A DNA stretch of 64,000 nucleotides from Bacteroidota bacterium (GTDB lineage Bacteria; Bacteroidota; Bacteroidia; Bacteroidales; FEN-979): assembly GCA_037128705.1 (NCBI GenBank), contig JBAXVX010000007.1:27617-91616 (forward strand), read 5' to 3'. Both the position numbers and the translations under genes were made by a program. Positions 48,190 to 57,032 of the stretch are shown in pieces. Below the pieces are notes generated by a model. The model saw only the letters and a program-made list of their open reading frames with translations. It did no database searches and was not told the DNA's origin. Position 1 is the stretch's first letter. Every line of letters begins with the position of its first letter.

Positions 48190-48537
48190 TTAGGTCGACT
48201 GGATTATCTTTTCAACTGATCCGACCAGGTCTTTCCAGTCGGCCTTCAGATCGGCAAGGGTCTGTATGCCCATGTCAGTGATCTGGTGATATTTCCTCGG
48301 GGGCCCCGATTTTGATTCTTCCCAACGGTAGGTCGTGAGGCCTTCGTTTTTTAACCGGGTGAGCAAAGGGTAGAGGGTTCCCTCGACCACGATGAGTCTG
48401 GCTTCCTTCAGCTTGGCGATGATGTCGGAAGCATATGCGTCTTGTTCCTTTACAATTGAAAGGATACAGAGTTCAAGAACTCCTTTTCGCATCTGGGCAT
48501 TCTGATTGTCTGTATTCATGCGGCAAATATAATACAT
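48190..48537 (-). CDS. PadR-family transcriptional regulator
   Basis: Winged HTH (RKGVLELCILSIV...GTLYPLLTRLKNEGL). A -7 box on the minus strand (TATATTTG, 48524-48531) argues that the real start is ATG 48519. Confidence 0.88.
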   Translation of the reverse strand: MYYICRMNTDNQNAQMRKGVLELCILSIVKEQDAYASDIIAKLKEARLIVVEGTLYPLLTRLKNEGLTTYRWEESKSGPPRKYHQITDMGIQTLADLKADWKDLVGSVEKIIQST

Positions 48538-48542
48538 TATTT

Positions 48543-48565
48543 AGTACTATGCAAGACATAGTATT
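48543..48565. promoter_or_regulatory. Candidate PadR operator: inverted repeat TACTATG-N5-CATAGTA
   Basis: Perfect 7-bp arms at 48545-48551 and 48557-48563. They sit just upstream of the padR -7 box, in the -33 region. Confidence 0.45.
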
Positions 48566-48625
48566 AAATATTTCAGAGAAGTTATGAACATACACCCGGA
48601 TGACCGCTGATCTGCTCATTTTTCG

Positions 48626-48633
48626 TACCTTTG
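48626..48633 (+). promoter_or_regulatory. -7 promoter box TACCTTTG
   Basis: Exact TAnnTTTG match. Only 9 nt separate it from the sufE ATG at 48643. Confidence 0.5.
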
Positions 48634-48642
48634 TATACCAAT

Positions 48643-49074
48643 ATGCGGCCCATGACCATTTCTGAAATACAATCCCAGATCATCGGTGAGTTTTCAATGT
48701 TTGATGACTGGATGGATAAGTACAATTACCTGATTGAACTTGGGAAAACCTTACCTCTCATTGATGAACAGTACAAAACAGACCAGTTTACCATCACGGG
48801 ATGCCAGTCAAAAGTTTGGCTGCATGCATCGGTTCTTGACGGGCATGTTTTTTTTACCGCCGACAGCGATGCCATCATCACCAAAGGAATTGTCGGTTTG
48901 CTGGTCAGGGTTTTATCGGGACAGACTCCGGATGCCATCCTGGGGGCCGATCTCCAGTTTATTGACCAGATCGGCCTGCGGGAACACCTGTCCCCGACAC
49001 GGAGCAACGGCCTGAGCTCCATGATCAGGCAGATGAAGCTTTACGCCACGGTGTTCAAAATGAAGAATAACTGA
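48643..49074 (+). CDS. sufE: Sulfur acceptor protein SufE
   Basis: ~143 aa. SufE catalytic-Cys context ITGCQSKVWL. The ORF-track start at 48631 is a TTG inside the promoter box. Confidence 0.9.
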   Translation: MRPMTISEIQSQIIGEFSMFDDWMDKYNYLIELGKTLPLIDEQYKTDQFTITGCQSKVWLHASVLDGHVFFTADSDAIITKGIVGLLVRVLSGQTPDAILGADLQFIDQIGLREHLSPTRSNGLSSMIRQMKLYATVFKMKNN

Positions 49075-49081
49075 TAAAAAT

Positions 49082-52000
49082 TCACATCTCCATTTCCGGG
49101 AACAAGAATTCAACCCGCGTACCTGACGGCATTCCATCGGGCCCTTCGAGATCGGTGATGATGATTTTAAAGTCCTCGGTATGATGTGTCTCATTCAGTA
49201 AGCGGATGCGGTCAACGGAAATTTGCAATCCAAGCGATTTGTGTTCACCATTCATCCGGCGTCCCATTTCCTGGCTCTGCTTTCGGCCCACCCCGTTATC
49301 CTGAATCACCATTTTGAATATGTTTTTCCGTTCGCGGGAGAGTTCCACCAGCAGGAATCCACCGTTTGCCCTATGCATCAGTCCGTGCTTAATTGAATTT
49401 TCAATAAACAGCTGAGCAATCATCGGCGGAATCAGTGTGGTTTCAACAGGTAAATCCTGAGCAATATGGATTTCATATTCGAACAGACCTTCGAATCTCA
49501 TTTTTTCAATTTCAATGTAATATTTCAGGTAATCCAGCTCCTCGACGATGGGGATAAATTCTTTTGAGGCATTTTCCAGCGTTTTCCTGATCAGCTTTGA
49601 AAACACAGAGAGATAGTGCAAGGCCTTGTCGATGTTATTGTTCAGGATATAGCTCTGCATTGAATTTATGGCGTTGAAGATGAAGTGGGGCTTCATCTGT
49701 GCCTGAAGTGCCTCCATTTCCATCCGGGAAACCTGAAGCAAAAGGACATTCCTTTCTTCCGCGCGTTTTTTGATCAATTTGATTCGCCACAGGAAGATCC
49801 CGTAAGCGGATGTGAATATCAAAATGATGGAAACAGCGATGAACCACCAGGTTGAATACCATGGCCTTCGGATGGTAAAGGGGTATTCAATGTGCATGAT
49901 CTTCAGATTATCTGATTTATTGTAACACTCGGCTTTAAGTATGTATTTTCCCGGGTCGAGGTTGGTGAACACGGCTTTATGATCGGTGGTGAATTGGCTC
50001 CAGCCATTGTTCAAGCCGTCAAGCCTGTAGCGGTACATAATGTGTCCGGGATTTGAAAAGTCCTGGCCTTCGAGATAAAATGTCAGGGAATTCTCCGTGT
50101 GACTGAATTTCCATGAAGGCACAGGGGAAACGCTCCAACCATCGGAACCGGCCTCCCCGGGAAATAAAAACGGCATGTTGTTTACATCCAAACCGGAGAT
50201 TTGAAAGTTAAGCTGATGGTTGCCCACAGAGGAAAGCTGCCGGGGGTTGAACATCAGTAAATGTGAGGCAGTTCCTACCCAGATATTCCCGGAACTATCA
50301 ATTTCAGCAGTACTTCCTGTATAATCGTAATAGCCTTCATCCTGATCATAAAAGTTGATGTGCAGAACCCGGTCATGGTAAAGCCTGTTCAGGTCGATGC
50401 GGTTCAGACCCTGGTTGGTGCCTGCATAAAGCATGTTGTCGTGATCAACCAGCATCCACTGGATGGTGCTGCCTGTTAAACCCTGGACTGAAGAGATCCT
50501 GTGCAGGATGGTCAGTTTCCGTCCCTCGGTTTTTGCGATGATAATCTCCCCGTTGATGCCTCCTGCGATGACATTCCCCTGTTGATCGAAGCAAATTTCG
50601 GTGATGATTTTCGGAAGGGACGAATCCTGCGTGTTGAAGGCATCAACCTGGCCGTCGATCATCCGGAACAGCCCTTCACTCCGGCTTCCGCACCAGATTT
50701 CATTGCCCCGGCCTGCCATACTGATCACATTGGGCGGGCCCTTCTCCTCCTCCCATCCGCAGTAGGGATGTATGGCATGCCGGAATGTTGGAAACAAAGC
50801 GGCAATAAAAACGCCCTTGTGCCAGACATCACCTATAAAAAGGGTATCGGTCTTATCAATCGCAAAAATGGTTGTCCTTACCTGAATATAAAACGTTTCC
50901 TGTAACTGATATCCTTGTTCTTCGGAAAATTTGTTTATAAACCTGATGTTGCTGGCATAAATATTCCCCTTGGTGTCTTTTCCCAGGCATGTATTACGGA
51001 TCAGGCGTTCTGAAGAATACTGTTGAATCAGTTTGAGATATCTTTGATATTCTTTAGGACTGTATAGCGAACCCGGAGGTTCAATCCGGGTGGCTCCAAA
51101 CTCTGCCATGATATTCAGGTAGGGGTTTATGTAAGGCCAGCTCCCATTCCTGATCAGCTCCTCGTACTTTTCAAAGGAACCCTGCCTGTCGAGATACACT
51201 TTGCTTAAGACAGCTGCGCTCTTTTTCCAAATTTCCAGCTGTGATTTGAGATAACCGGAAGGATCAATGATTTCAACATGGTTATCAGAAAATTTACGGA
51301 TGAGGCCTGTATTTGCTGCAATCCAAAGGGTTCCGGTGCGATCGAACTGAAGATCATTGATAATCAGGGATTTGCATTTAAAAAATCCGGTATCGTACCA
51401 GGTGAAGCAAGGCTCCGGGATTTTGAAAAGGCCCTGGTTTAAGGTTCCTGCCCAGGCCTGATGAAAACTGGTGTCGTAATAAACCGTCCACACACTGCGG
51501 TCGGTGATGCCCGTTTTTTCACTGAGTGGTTCCGCCGTTTTGCCGTCATATCTGAAGAGCCCGCTGGTATAAGTTTTCGGATCCATCGGATCGGCCCAGC
51601 CAGCGATCCAAACATTCCCGCGGGCATCGGCCGACAGCCCGAATACCTGACCTGCACCCAAACTGGGTGAAATCCCCTGTTTATTGTAAATTAACATCCC
51701 GTTTCTTCCTGCGCCTGAAATGGTATCGCCCGATGCAAGGATGAGGGGTGAAACCGAGGTGGCATAGCTCCAGTTTTTCTCACCTGTGTGCCTATACCGT
51801 TTTTTTTCCGGATCATAAAGAACACGGATCGGAGAGGAATAGGCGTAAACATTGATGGAATGAAGGCCATCGAGGAACCCGGTCACGAAAATCTTGACAG
51901 ACTCCGGGTTCCATTCTTTCGACGTAAAGGAGACAAATTTTCCCTGTTCCATCGCGCTGCATCCATCGTTGGTGCCGATCATCAGCACATCGAACTTTTT

Positions 52001-52402
52001 AGAGTACCAAACAATCCTGACATTGTTGCTTACCAGTCCGTTTTTTGTGGTGTAATTGTAAAATTTCCTGCCATTGAACCTCGATATTCCGGCTGCCATG
52101 CAACCGATCCAGAGATCGCCATTTTTATCCTCGGCAATCGAGTACACATTGTCGCCCACCAGTCCATGGCTGGTGTTGTAAACCTGGAAGTTGGTGCCAT
52201 CAAAGCGGCATAAACCGCCCCCGGTGCCAATCCACATGATTCCCCTGGAATCCTTTAGGACGGAGTGGATGATGTTACTGGGCAATCCTTCGTTGATCGT
52301 GAAATTCCGGGAATAAAAATGCTGGGCCGACCCTGTTAAGGTAAAAATCAGGAAGGTGATGATGACAGATGCCCGGCATTTAAACATTACCAAATTTAAC
52401 AT
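49082..52402 (-). CDS. Sensor kinase with two-component-regulator beta-propeller repeats + Y_Y_Y domain + TM + LytS/YehU-type His_kinase/HATPase
   Basis: 1106 aa with many propeller repeats (..IWIGT..GL.RF..) and one TM helix (WWFIAVSIILIFTSAYGIFLW). The His_kinase motif is MKPHFIFNAINSM. Confidence 0.85.
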   Translation of the reverse strand: MLNLVMFKCRASVIITFLIFTLTGSAQHFYSRNFTINEGLPSNIIHSVLKDSRGIMWIGTGGGLCRFDGTNFQVYNTSHGLVGDNVYSIAEDKNGDLWIGCMAAGISRFNGRKFYNYTTKNGLVSNNVRIVWYSKKFDVLMIGTNDGCSAMEQGKFVSFTSKEWNPESVKIFVTGFLDGLHSINVYAYSSPIRVLYDPEKKRYRHTGEKNWSYATSVSPLILASGDTISGAGRNGMLIYNKQGISPSLGAGQVFGLSADARGNVWIAGWADPMDPKTYTSGLFRYDGKTAEPLSEKTGITDRSVWTVYYDTSFHQAWAGTLNQGLFKIPEPCFTWYDTGFFKCKSLIINDLQFDRTGTLWIAANTGLIRKFSDNHVEIIDPSGYLKSQLEIWKKSAAVLSKVYLDRQGSFEKYEELIRNGSWPYINPYLNIMAEFGATRIEPPGSLYSPKEYQRYLKLIQQYSSERLIRNTCLGKDTKGNIYASNIRFINKFSEEQGYQLQETFYIQVRTTIFAIDKTDTLFIGDVWHKGVFIAALFPTFRHAIHPYCGWEEEKGPPNVISMAGRGNEIWCGSRSEGLFRMIDGQVDAFNTQDSSLPKIITEICFDQQGNVIAGGINGEIIIAKTEGRKLTILHRISSVQGLTGSTIQWMLVDHDNMLYAGTNQGLNRIDLNRLYHDRVLHINFYDQDEGYYDYTGSTAEIDSSGNIWVGTASHLLMFNPRQLSSVGNHQLNFQISGLDVNNMPFLFPGEAGSDGWSVSPVPSWKFSHTENSLTFYLEGQDFSNPGHIMYRYRLDGLNNGWSQFTTDHKAVFTNLDPGKYILKAECYNKSDNLKIMHIEYPFTIRRPWYSTWWFIAVSIILIFTSAYGIFLWRIKLIKKRAEERNVLLLQVSRMEMEALQAQMKPHFIFNAINSMQSYILNNNIDKALHYLSVFSKLIRKTLENASKEFIPIVEELDYLKYYIEIEKMRFEGLFEYEIHIAQDLPVETTLIPPMIAQLFIENSIKHGLMHRANGGFLLVELSRERKNIFKMVIQDNGVGRKQSQEMGRRMNGEHKSLGLQISVDRIRLLNETHHTEDFKIIITDLEGPDGMPSGTRVEFLFPEMEM

Positions 52403-52517
52403 TCTTGTTTGAGAACAGCCGGATGAATTAGTAAACGTGGCATTTTATCAATGAATGCTCGCTTCTGATAAACGATCGCTGAAATGATTGAATCCTGGCT
52501 GAATTTCACGGTTTCAT

Positions 52518-52525
52518 TACCTTTG
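52518..52525 (+). promoter_or_regulatory. -7 promoter box TACCTTTG
   Basis: Exact TAnnTTTG match, ending 15 nt upstream of ATG 52541. Confidence 0.5.
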
Positions 52526-52540
52526 CAAAAATTTTCTAAA

Positions 52541-52873
52541 ATGGACAACAGGAATTCGCCGATCCAATCTCCTTTTGAAGCGAAGGTTGTAGCTGCCCTG
52601 CGATCAGTTTTTGATCCGGAGATCCCGGTCAATATTTATGATCTCGGGCTGATATATAACCTTCAGATCAATGAACAGACCAACGATGTGTCAATTCTGA
52701 TGACCCTGACCACCCCCAACTGCCCGGTTGCAGAAGACATGCCCGGCCAGGTGCAGGATGCTGTTAAACTGGTCGAAGGCGTGGGCAGCGTGAAGGTAGA
52801 GCTTACCTTCGAACCTCCCTGGGATAAGGAGATGCTTTCAGAATCAGCATTGCTGGATTTGGGATTACTTTAA
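52541..52873 (+). CDS. sufT: SUF-associated DUF59/MIP18-family Fe-S assembly protein (SufT-like)
   Basis: 110 aa. VFDPEIPVNIYDLGLIY and TLTTPNCPVAE motifs. The start is set by the promoter box. Confidence 0.85.
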   Translation: MDNRNSPIQSPFEAKVVAALRSVFDPEIPVNIYDLGLIYNLQINEQTNDVSILMTLTTPNCPVAEDMPGQVQDAVKLVEGVGSVKVELTFEPPWDKEMLSESALLDLGLL

Positions 52874-52888
52874 TGCATTTGAAACTAT

Positions 52889-52935
52889 GTCACGCGTCAC
52901 GCTTTTCCGTCACGCGTCACGCTTCATGTGTCACG
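52889..52935 (-). repeat. Interrupted heptamer array: plus strand reads (GTCACGC)x2 ttttcc (GTCACGC)x2 ttcatgt GTCACG, then T7
   Basis: Read directly. This is the reverse orientation of the GTGACRC family. The 16-nt super-unit GTCACGCGTCACGCTT occurs twice, 20 nt apart. Confidence 0.9.
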
Positions 52936-52943
52936 TTTTTTTA

Positions 52944-52951
52944 TACCTTTG
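52944..52951 (+). promoter_or_regulatory. -7 promoter box TACCTTTG
   Basis: Exact TAnnTTTG match, ending 21 nt upstream of the dxs ATG at 52973. Confidence 0.5.
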
Positions 52952-52972
52952 CCCACCTAATTGATCAGAACA

Positions 52973-54874
52973 ATGCCCCCGTTTTCCGGACCCCTTTTAT
53001 CTAAGGTCAACCTGCCATCCGATCTGAAAAAACTCAAGCTGGAAGAGCTTCCGCAGTTGTGTGAAGAGGTCAGGAAATTCATCATTGAGGTGATGTCTGA
53101 AAATCCCGGCCACCTGGGAGCCAGCCTTGGCGCTGTTGAGCTGGCTGTCGCGCTCCATTATGTTTATGATGCCCCTTTTGATAAGATTATCTGGGATGTC
53201 GGGCATCAGGCCTATGCCCACAAGATCCTGACCGGGAGAAAAGAACGTTTTGAAACCATCCGAACCTACCAGGGGATCAGCGGGTTTCCCAAAATGTCGG
53301 AAAGCGAATTTGATGCCTTTGGAGTCGGACATTCATCCACCTCCATCTCGGCTGCACTTGGGATGGCTGTAGCGGCCAAGTTGGGCGGCCAGGCCAACCG
53401 TCATCATGTGGCCGTCATCGGCGATGGGGCCATGACCGGTGGTATGGCCATGGAGGCGCTGAACAACGCCGGGGTTTCAAATGCCAACCTCATGGTAATC
53501 CTCAACGACAACCAGATTGCCATTGATAAAAATGTAGGAGCCATCAAGGATTATCTTGCTGATATTGTCACTTCAAGAACCTATAATAAATTTCGCGACA
53601 AGGTTTGGCTGTTACTGGGAGGTGGTACAAAATATGGCCAAAACTCCCGTGCCATCGTCAAGCAGTTGGGAAATGCACTGAAAACGACCCTTCTGAATAG
53701 CGGAAATCTGTTTGAAGCATTTAATTTCCGGTATTTTGGCCCGGTGGATGGGAACGATGTGATCCGCCTTGCGAAATTACTTAAGGACATGAACGACATC
53801 AAAGGCCCCAAACTTCTGCACATTCATACCATCAAAGGAAAAGGATTTGAGAAGGCGGAGAAGGACCAGACGGTGTATCACGCCCCGGGCGTATTTGACA
53901 AGAACACCGGTACCATCAGGGCAGATAACTGCCATGGAATGGCCCCGAAATACCAGACGGTTTTTGGCAGGACGATCATTGAACTTGCCGAGGCGAATCC
54001 GAAAATCGTCGGGATAACCCCGGCCATGTCGACGGGTTGCTCCCTCAACCTGATGATGAACAAGATGCCCGATCGCACCTTCGATGTTGGCATCGCCGAG
54101 CAGCATGCCGTTACCTTCAGTGCCGGAATGGCTGCTTCAGGATACATCCCATTCTGCAACATTTATTCAACCTTCATGCAGCGCGGATATGACCAGATCA
54201 TCCACGACGTTGCGCTGCAGAAACTCCATGTCGTGTTTTGCCTCGACCGGGGAGGACTGGTTGGAGAAGATGGGGCAACCCACCATGGTGCATTCGACCT
54301 CGCTTACCTTCGCTGTATTCCAAACATGGTTGTGGCTTCACCCATGAATGAGGAGGATTTGCGGAATATGATGTATACCGCGCAACTGGAAGGAATGGGC
54401 CCTTTTGCAATTCGATATCCAAAAGGTCGCGGCGTGATGCCCCACTGGAAAACACCGATGGTCCCTCTTGAGGTAGGAAAAGGACGAATGGTCAGGGATG
54501 GAAAGGATGCAGCCATTATAACCCTGGGTCATGTGGGGAATTATGCGGTGGAGGCCTGTGCGGCCGTGGAAGCAGCAGGACATTCCGTCGCACTGTTTGA
54601 TCTTCGGTTCCTGAAGCCGCTGGACGAGGCGCTCCTTCATGAAATTTTCGGACGGTTTAAAAAAATATTCACGGTTGAAGATGGTTCAGTGATGGGAGGC
54701 ATGGGGTCGGCGGTGCTGGAATTCATGGCCGATCATGGTTATTCAGCCCGGGTCATCCGCCTTGGGGTTCCCGATCACTTCATCGAACAGGGTTCTGTTG
54801 CAGAGCTGCATCACGAATGCGGCTTCGACAAGGAGGGAATCATTCATTCACTGACTGAACTTCTTGGCAACTAG
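52973..54874 (+). CDS. dxs: 1-deoxy-D-xylulose-5-phosphate synthase
   Basis: ~633 aa. GHSSTSISAALGMA and the TPP-binding motif GDGAMTGGMAMEALNN. The ORF-track start at 52961 is a TTG. Confidence 0.95.
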   Translation: MPPFSGPLLSKVNLPSDLKKLKLEELPQLCEEVRKFIIEVMSENPGHLGASLGAVELAVALHYVYDAPFDKIIWDVGHQAYAHKILTGRKERFETIRTYQGISGFPKMSESEFDAFGVGHSSTSISAALGMAVAAKLGGQANRHHVAVIGDGAMTGGMAMEALNNAGVSNANLMVILNDNQIAIDKNVGAIKDYLADIVTSRTYNKFRDKVWLLLGGGTKYGQNSRAIVKQLGNALKTTLLNSGNLFEAFNFRYFGPVDGNDVIRLAKLLKDMNDIKGPKLLHIHTIKGKGFEKAEKDQTVYHAPGVFDKNTGTIRADNCHGMAPKYQTVFGRTIIELAEANPKIVGITPAMSTGCSLNLMMNKMPDRTFDVGIAEQHAVTFSAGMAASGYIPFCNIYSTFMQRGYDQIIHDVALQKLHVVFCLDRGGLVGEDGATHHGAFDLAYLRCIPNMVVASPMNEEDLRNMMYTAQLEGMGPFAIRYPKGRGVMPHWKTPMVPLEVGKGRMVRDGKDAAIITLGHVGNYAVEACAAVEAAGHSVALFDLRFLKPLDEALLHEIFGRFKKIFTVEDGSVMGGMGSAVLEFMADHGYSARVIRLGVPDHFIEQGSVAELHHECGFDKEGIIHSLTELLGN

Positions 54875-54937
54875 CATCTCACCGATTCAATCATTCCGGT
54901 AAACCAGTTTTCCTGATCAGGCTATCTGTCCGGGTTA

Positions 54938-55336
54938 TTATTCCGATGCATCGGTTCCGGGGTTTTTCCTTTTGAGAAAGTGGCTCAGGACAAAGAGGAT
55001 GCCAACGACAATGAACGGGACATTGATGACCAGTACAATACCAACGCTCATCCATACGGAATGATTCATGTGGTAGTTGGTCATATAGATGAAGGGCAGC
55101 AACCCAAGGCCGAGGATCACAAACATTCCCCCACCGATGAGTTCCCATCTCCATGCGACGATCAAAAACAGGATCAGAGCGAAGGAGGGGATCAGATGCA
55201 TAAAAAAGCCGCCAATTTGTTGCCAAAGCGGCGCTCCCGGCTGAAATGCATCCAATGCGAACATGCTCACGAACAAAATAGCCAGGATGCACAGGATTCT
55301 AGGGAGCCAATGAATGATGCGAATGGTTGTCTTCAT
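54938..55336 (-). CDS. Small integral membrane protein (4 TM), unknown function
   Basis: 132 aa with four clear hydrophobic helices. Preferred over the overlapping alternative-frame ORF 54891..55292. Confidence 0.6.
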   Translation of the reverse strand: MKTTIRIIHWLPRILCILAILFVSMFALDAFQPGAPLWQQIGGFFMHLIPSFALILFLIVAWRWELIGGGMFVILGLGLLPFIYMTNYHMNHSVWMSVGIVLVINVPFIVVGILFVLSHFLKRKNPGTDASE

Positions 55337-55449
55337 GCTCAGGCGTTTTATAATTTACCCTGCAAGGTATTATAATTTTAAACATCACTGTTGCCCATGA
55401 TGAATTGGTTAAAAAGATATCTCTATTTTTGAATTCAAATTATCATGTG

Positions 55450-56247
55450 ATGGAACCAAACAGTAAATCTGCCATTGTTACAGGGGCGTATGGCGCCATT
55501 GGCCTGGCAATTTGTGAAGGGATTGCTGAACGGGGTTTTGAAGTCACCCTGGTGGGCCGCGACCCGTCGAGCCTGGAGAAATTGCGCGTGAAGCTCAATC
55601 AGCATACCGAAAACGACCGGGTTTTTTGCGAAACAGTGGATCTCTCATCTCAGAAAGAGATTTTTGAATTCAGCCGGAGATGGAATCGGCCCCTCCACCT
55701 GCTTGTGAACAATGCAGCCACGGCCCCCCGGAGACGAACTGAATCAGATGATGGGACCGAGATGCAATGGGCCGTTAATGTCCTTGGATACTTCAGGATG
55801 ATGCGTTTTTTTCATTCGTTTATGGAGGGTATCCCCAATGCCAGAATCATAAATGTTGCAAGTTACTGGGCCGGAGGAATGGATCTGGATGATCCTGAAT
55901 TTAAAAGAAGACCCTATGACAATGATGTGGCCTATCGCCAGGCCAAACAGGCCGACCGCATGCTCAGCGTGGCTTTCGCAGAAAGGCTGAAGTCAAAAGG
56001 AATATCCGTAAATTCCTGTCACCCGGGAGATGTCAATTCAAAACTCAGCAATGCATTTGGCTTTGGGGGGTCCGAATCCCCAGCCCAGGGCGCCTCAACG
56101 CCGCTCTTCCTGGCATTTTCAGAATCGATAAAGGAGGTGACGGGAAAATATTTTGAACACCGCAAAGAGGTGAGGTGCCCGTTCTCATCAGATATGGAGG
56201 CGGTGGAAAAGTTATACCGGCTTTGTGAAAAAAGCACGCTACTCTAA
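55450..56247 (+). CDS. SDR-family oxidoreductase
   Basis: ~265 aa. Rossmann motif VTGAYGAIG, NNAA, and the catalytic Y..xK (YRQAK). The ORF-track start at 55405 is a TTG. Confidence 0.85.
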   Translation: MEPNSKSAIVTGAYGAIGLAICEGIAERGFEVTLVGRDPSSLEKLRVKLNQHTENDRVFCETVDLSSQKEIFEFSRRWNRPLHLLVNNAATAPRRRTESDDGTEMQWAVNVLGYFRMMRFFHSFMEGIPNARIINVASYWAGGMDLDDPEFKRRPYDNDVAYRQAKQADRMLSVAFAERLKSKGISVNSCHPGDVNSKLSNAFGFGGSESPAQGASTPLFLAFSESIKEVTGKYFEHRKEVRCPFSSDMEAVEKLYRLCEKSTLL

Positions 56248-56251
56248 CCCG

Positions 56252-57001
56252 TTAAATTTCAATCCGCTTTTTAACAGTCTCCCAGGTTTCAGTGATCAGG
56301 AAACTTTCATCCATGTTGCCGACCATGGTTTCAAATTTTTTCATGGGGATGGCAAATGAAAGGGTGTCCCTGGGAACACATGGCCTGGCAGATGCATCAA
56401 ACATGCCGAGGACGGCCTTTTGATTTTCCTTGTCCTGCTGAATGACGGTCTGGTATACGATTGATCCGCACCCTGAACCAAAAGGAGCAATCACTGCGTC
56501 ACCATCCAGCTGATCAAAATTAGCAAGCGTAAAGAGGCCGGAAAGTACGTCGGGTTTGGCAAAAAAGATGACCGCCAACGGCTCTTCCTCCGGGGTCAGC
56601 TGGTCAAACCGTTTAAAAACAATGTATTTTCCCCTGGCCGGGATACACCGCATATTGGTCATGATCTCCTTTACCATTTCAGGTGTTTTGATGTACCGTT
56701 CCCCCTCCATTTTGCCGGGGATCCCGTGCGAAAGGAAGTACTCGAAATCTGTCCTCATGGTGTCGGCAAAGCCGAGATACCGGCGCGCTCCGCCACAACC
56801 AATGGATTGTACATTCCAGGCAAGCGGTCTGCCTTTTCGCACGATGGCCAGTTCGCAAACGATGCAATTGTGACCTTTCGGAAGGTTTGCCCGGTCAATG
56901 TCTCCGGGATCTTCAGTATAGAAGAAGGTAACGGGCAGTTCACTATCGCCAAAGTAGGCAGCCCATTTTTGAAGGAATGTGTTTTTAAATTTCAAATTCA
57001 T
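56252..57001 (-). CDS. DUF169-family protein
   Basis: 249 aa. Recognised as DUF169-like by overall sequence character. No catalytic motif was identified. Confidence 0.6.
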   Translation of the reverse strand: MNLKFKNTFLQKWAAYFGDSELPVTFFYTEDPGDIDRANLPKGHNCIVCELAIVRKGRPLAWNVQSIGCGGARRYLGFADTMRTDFEYFLSHGIPGKMEGERYIKTPEMVKEIMTNMRCIPARGKYIVFKRFDQLTPEEEPLAVIFFAKPDVLSGLFTLANFDQLDGDAVIAPFGSGCGSIVYQTVIQQDKENQKAVLGMFDASARPCVPRDTLSFAIPMKKFETMVGNMDESFLITETWETVKKRIEI

Positions 57002-57032
57002 GGCAACGGTTATTGGTCACAATCATAATTCA

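Noticed and set aside
52961-52972. Upstream TTG/GTG starts reported by the ORF track (dxs 52961, sufE 48631, SDR 55405, DUF3127 32090, sufT 52484, PAS kinase 37955)
   Set aside because: These codons lie within or upstream of exact TAnnTTTG promoter boxes, or add non-conserved residues. In-frame ATGs just downstream fit the family N-termini better.
54891-55292. 133-aa minus-strand ORF overlapping the 4-TM membrane-protein ORF in another frame
   Set aside because: The alternative frame (54938..55336) gives four clean TM helices. This frame gives an Arg/Pro/Cys-rich product without features.
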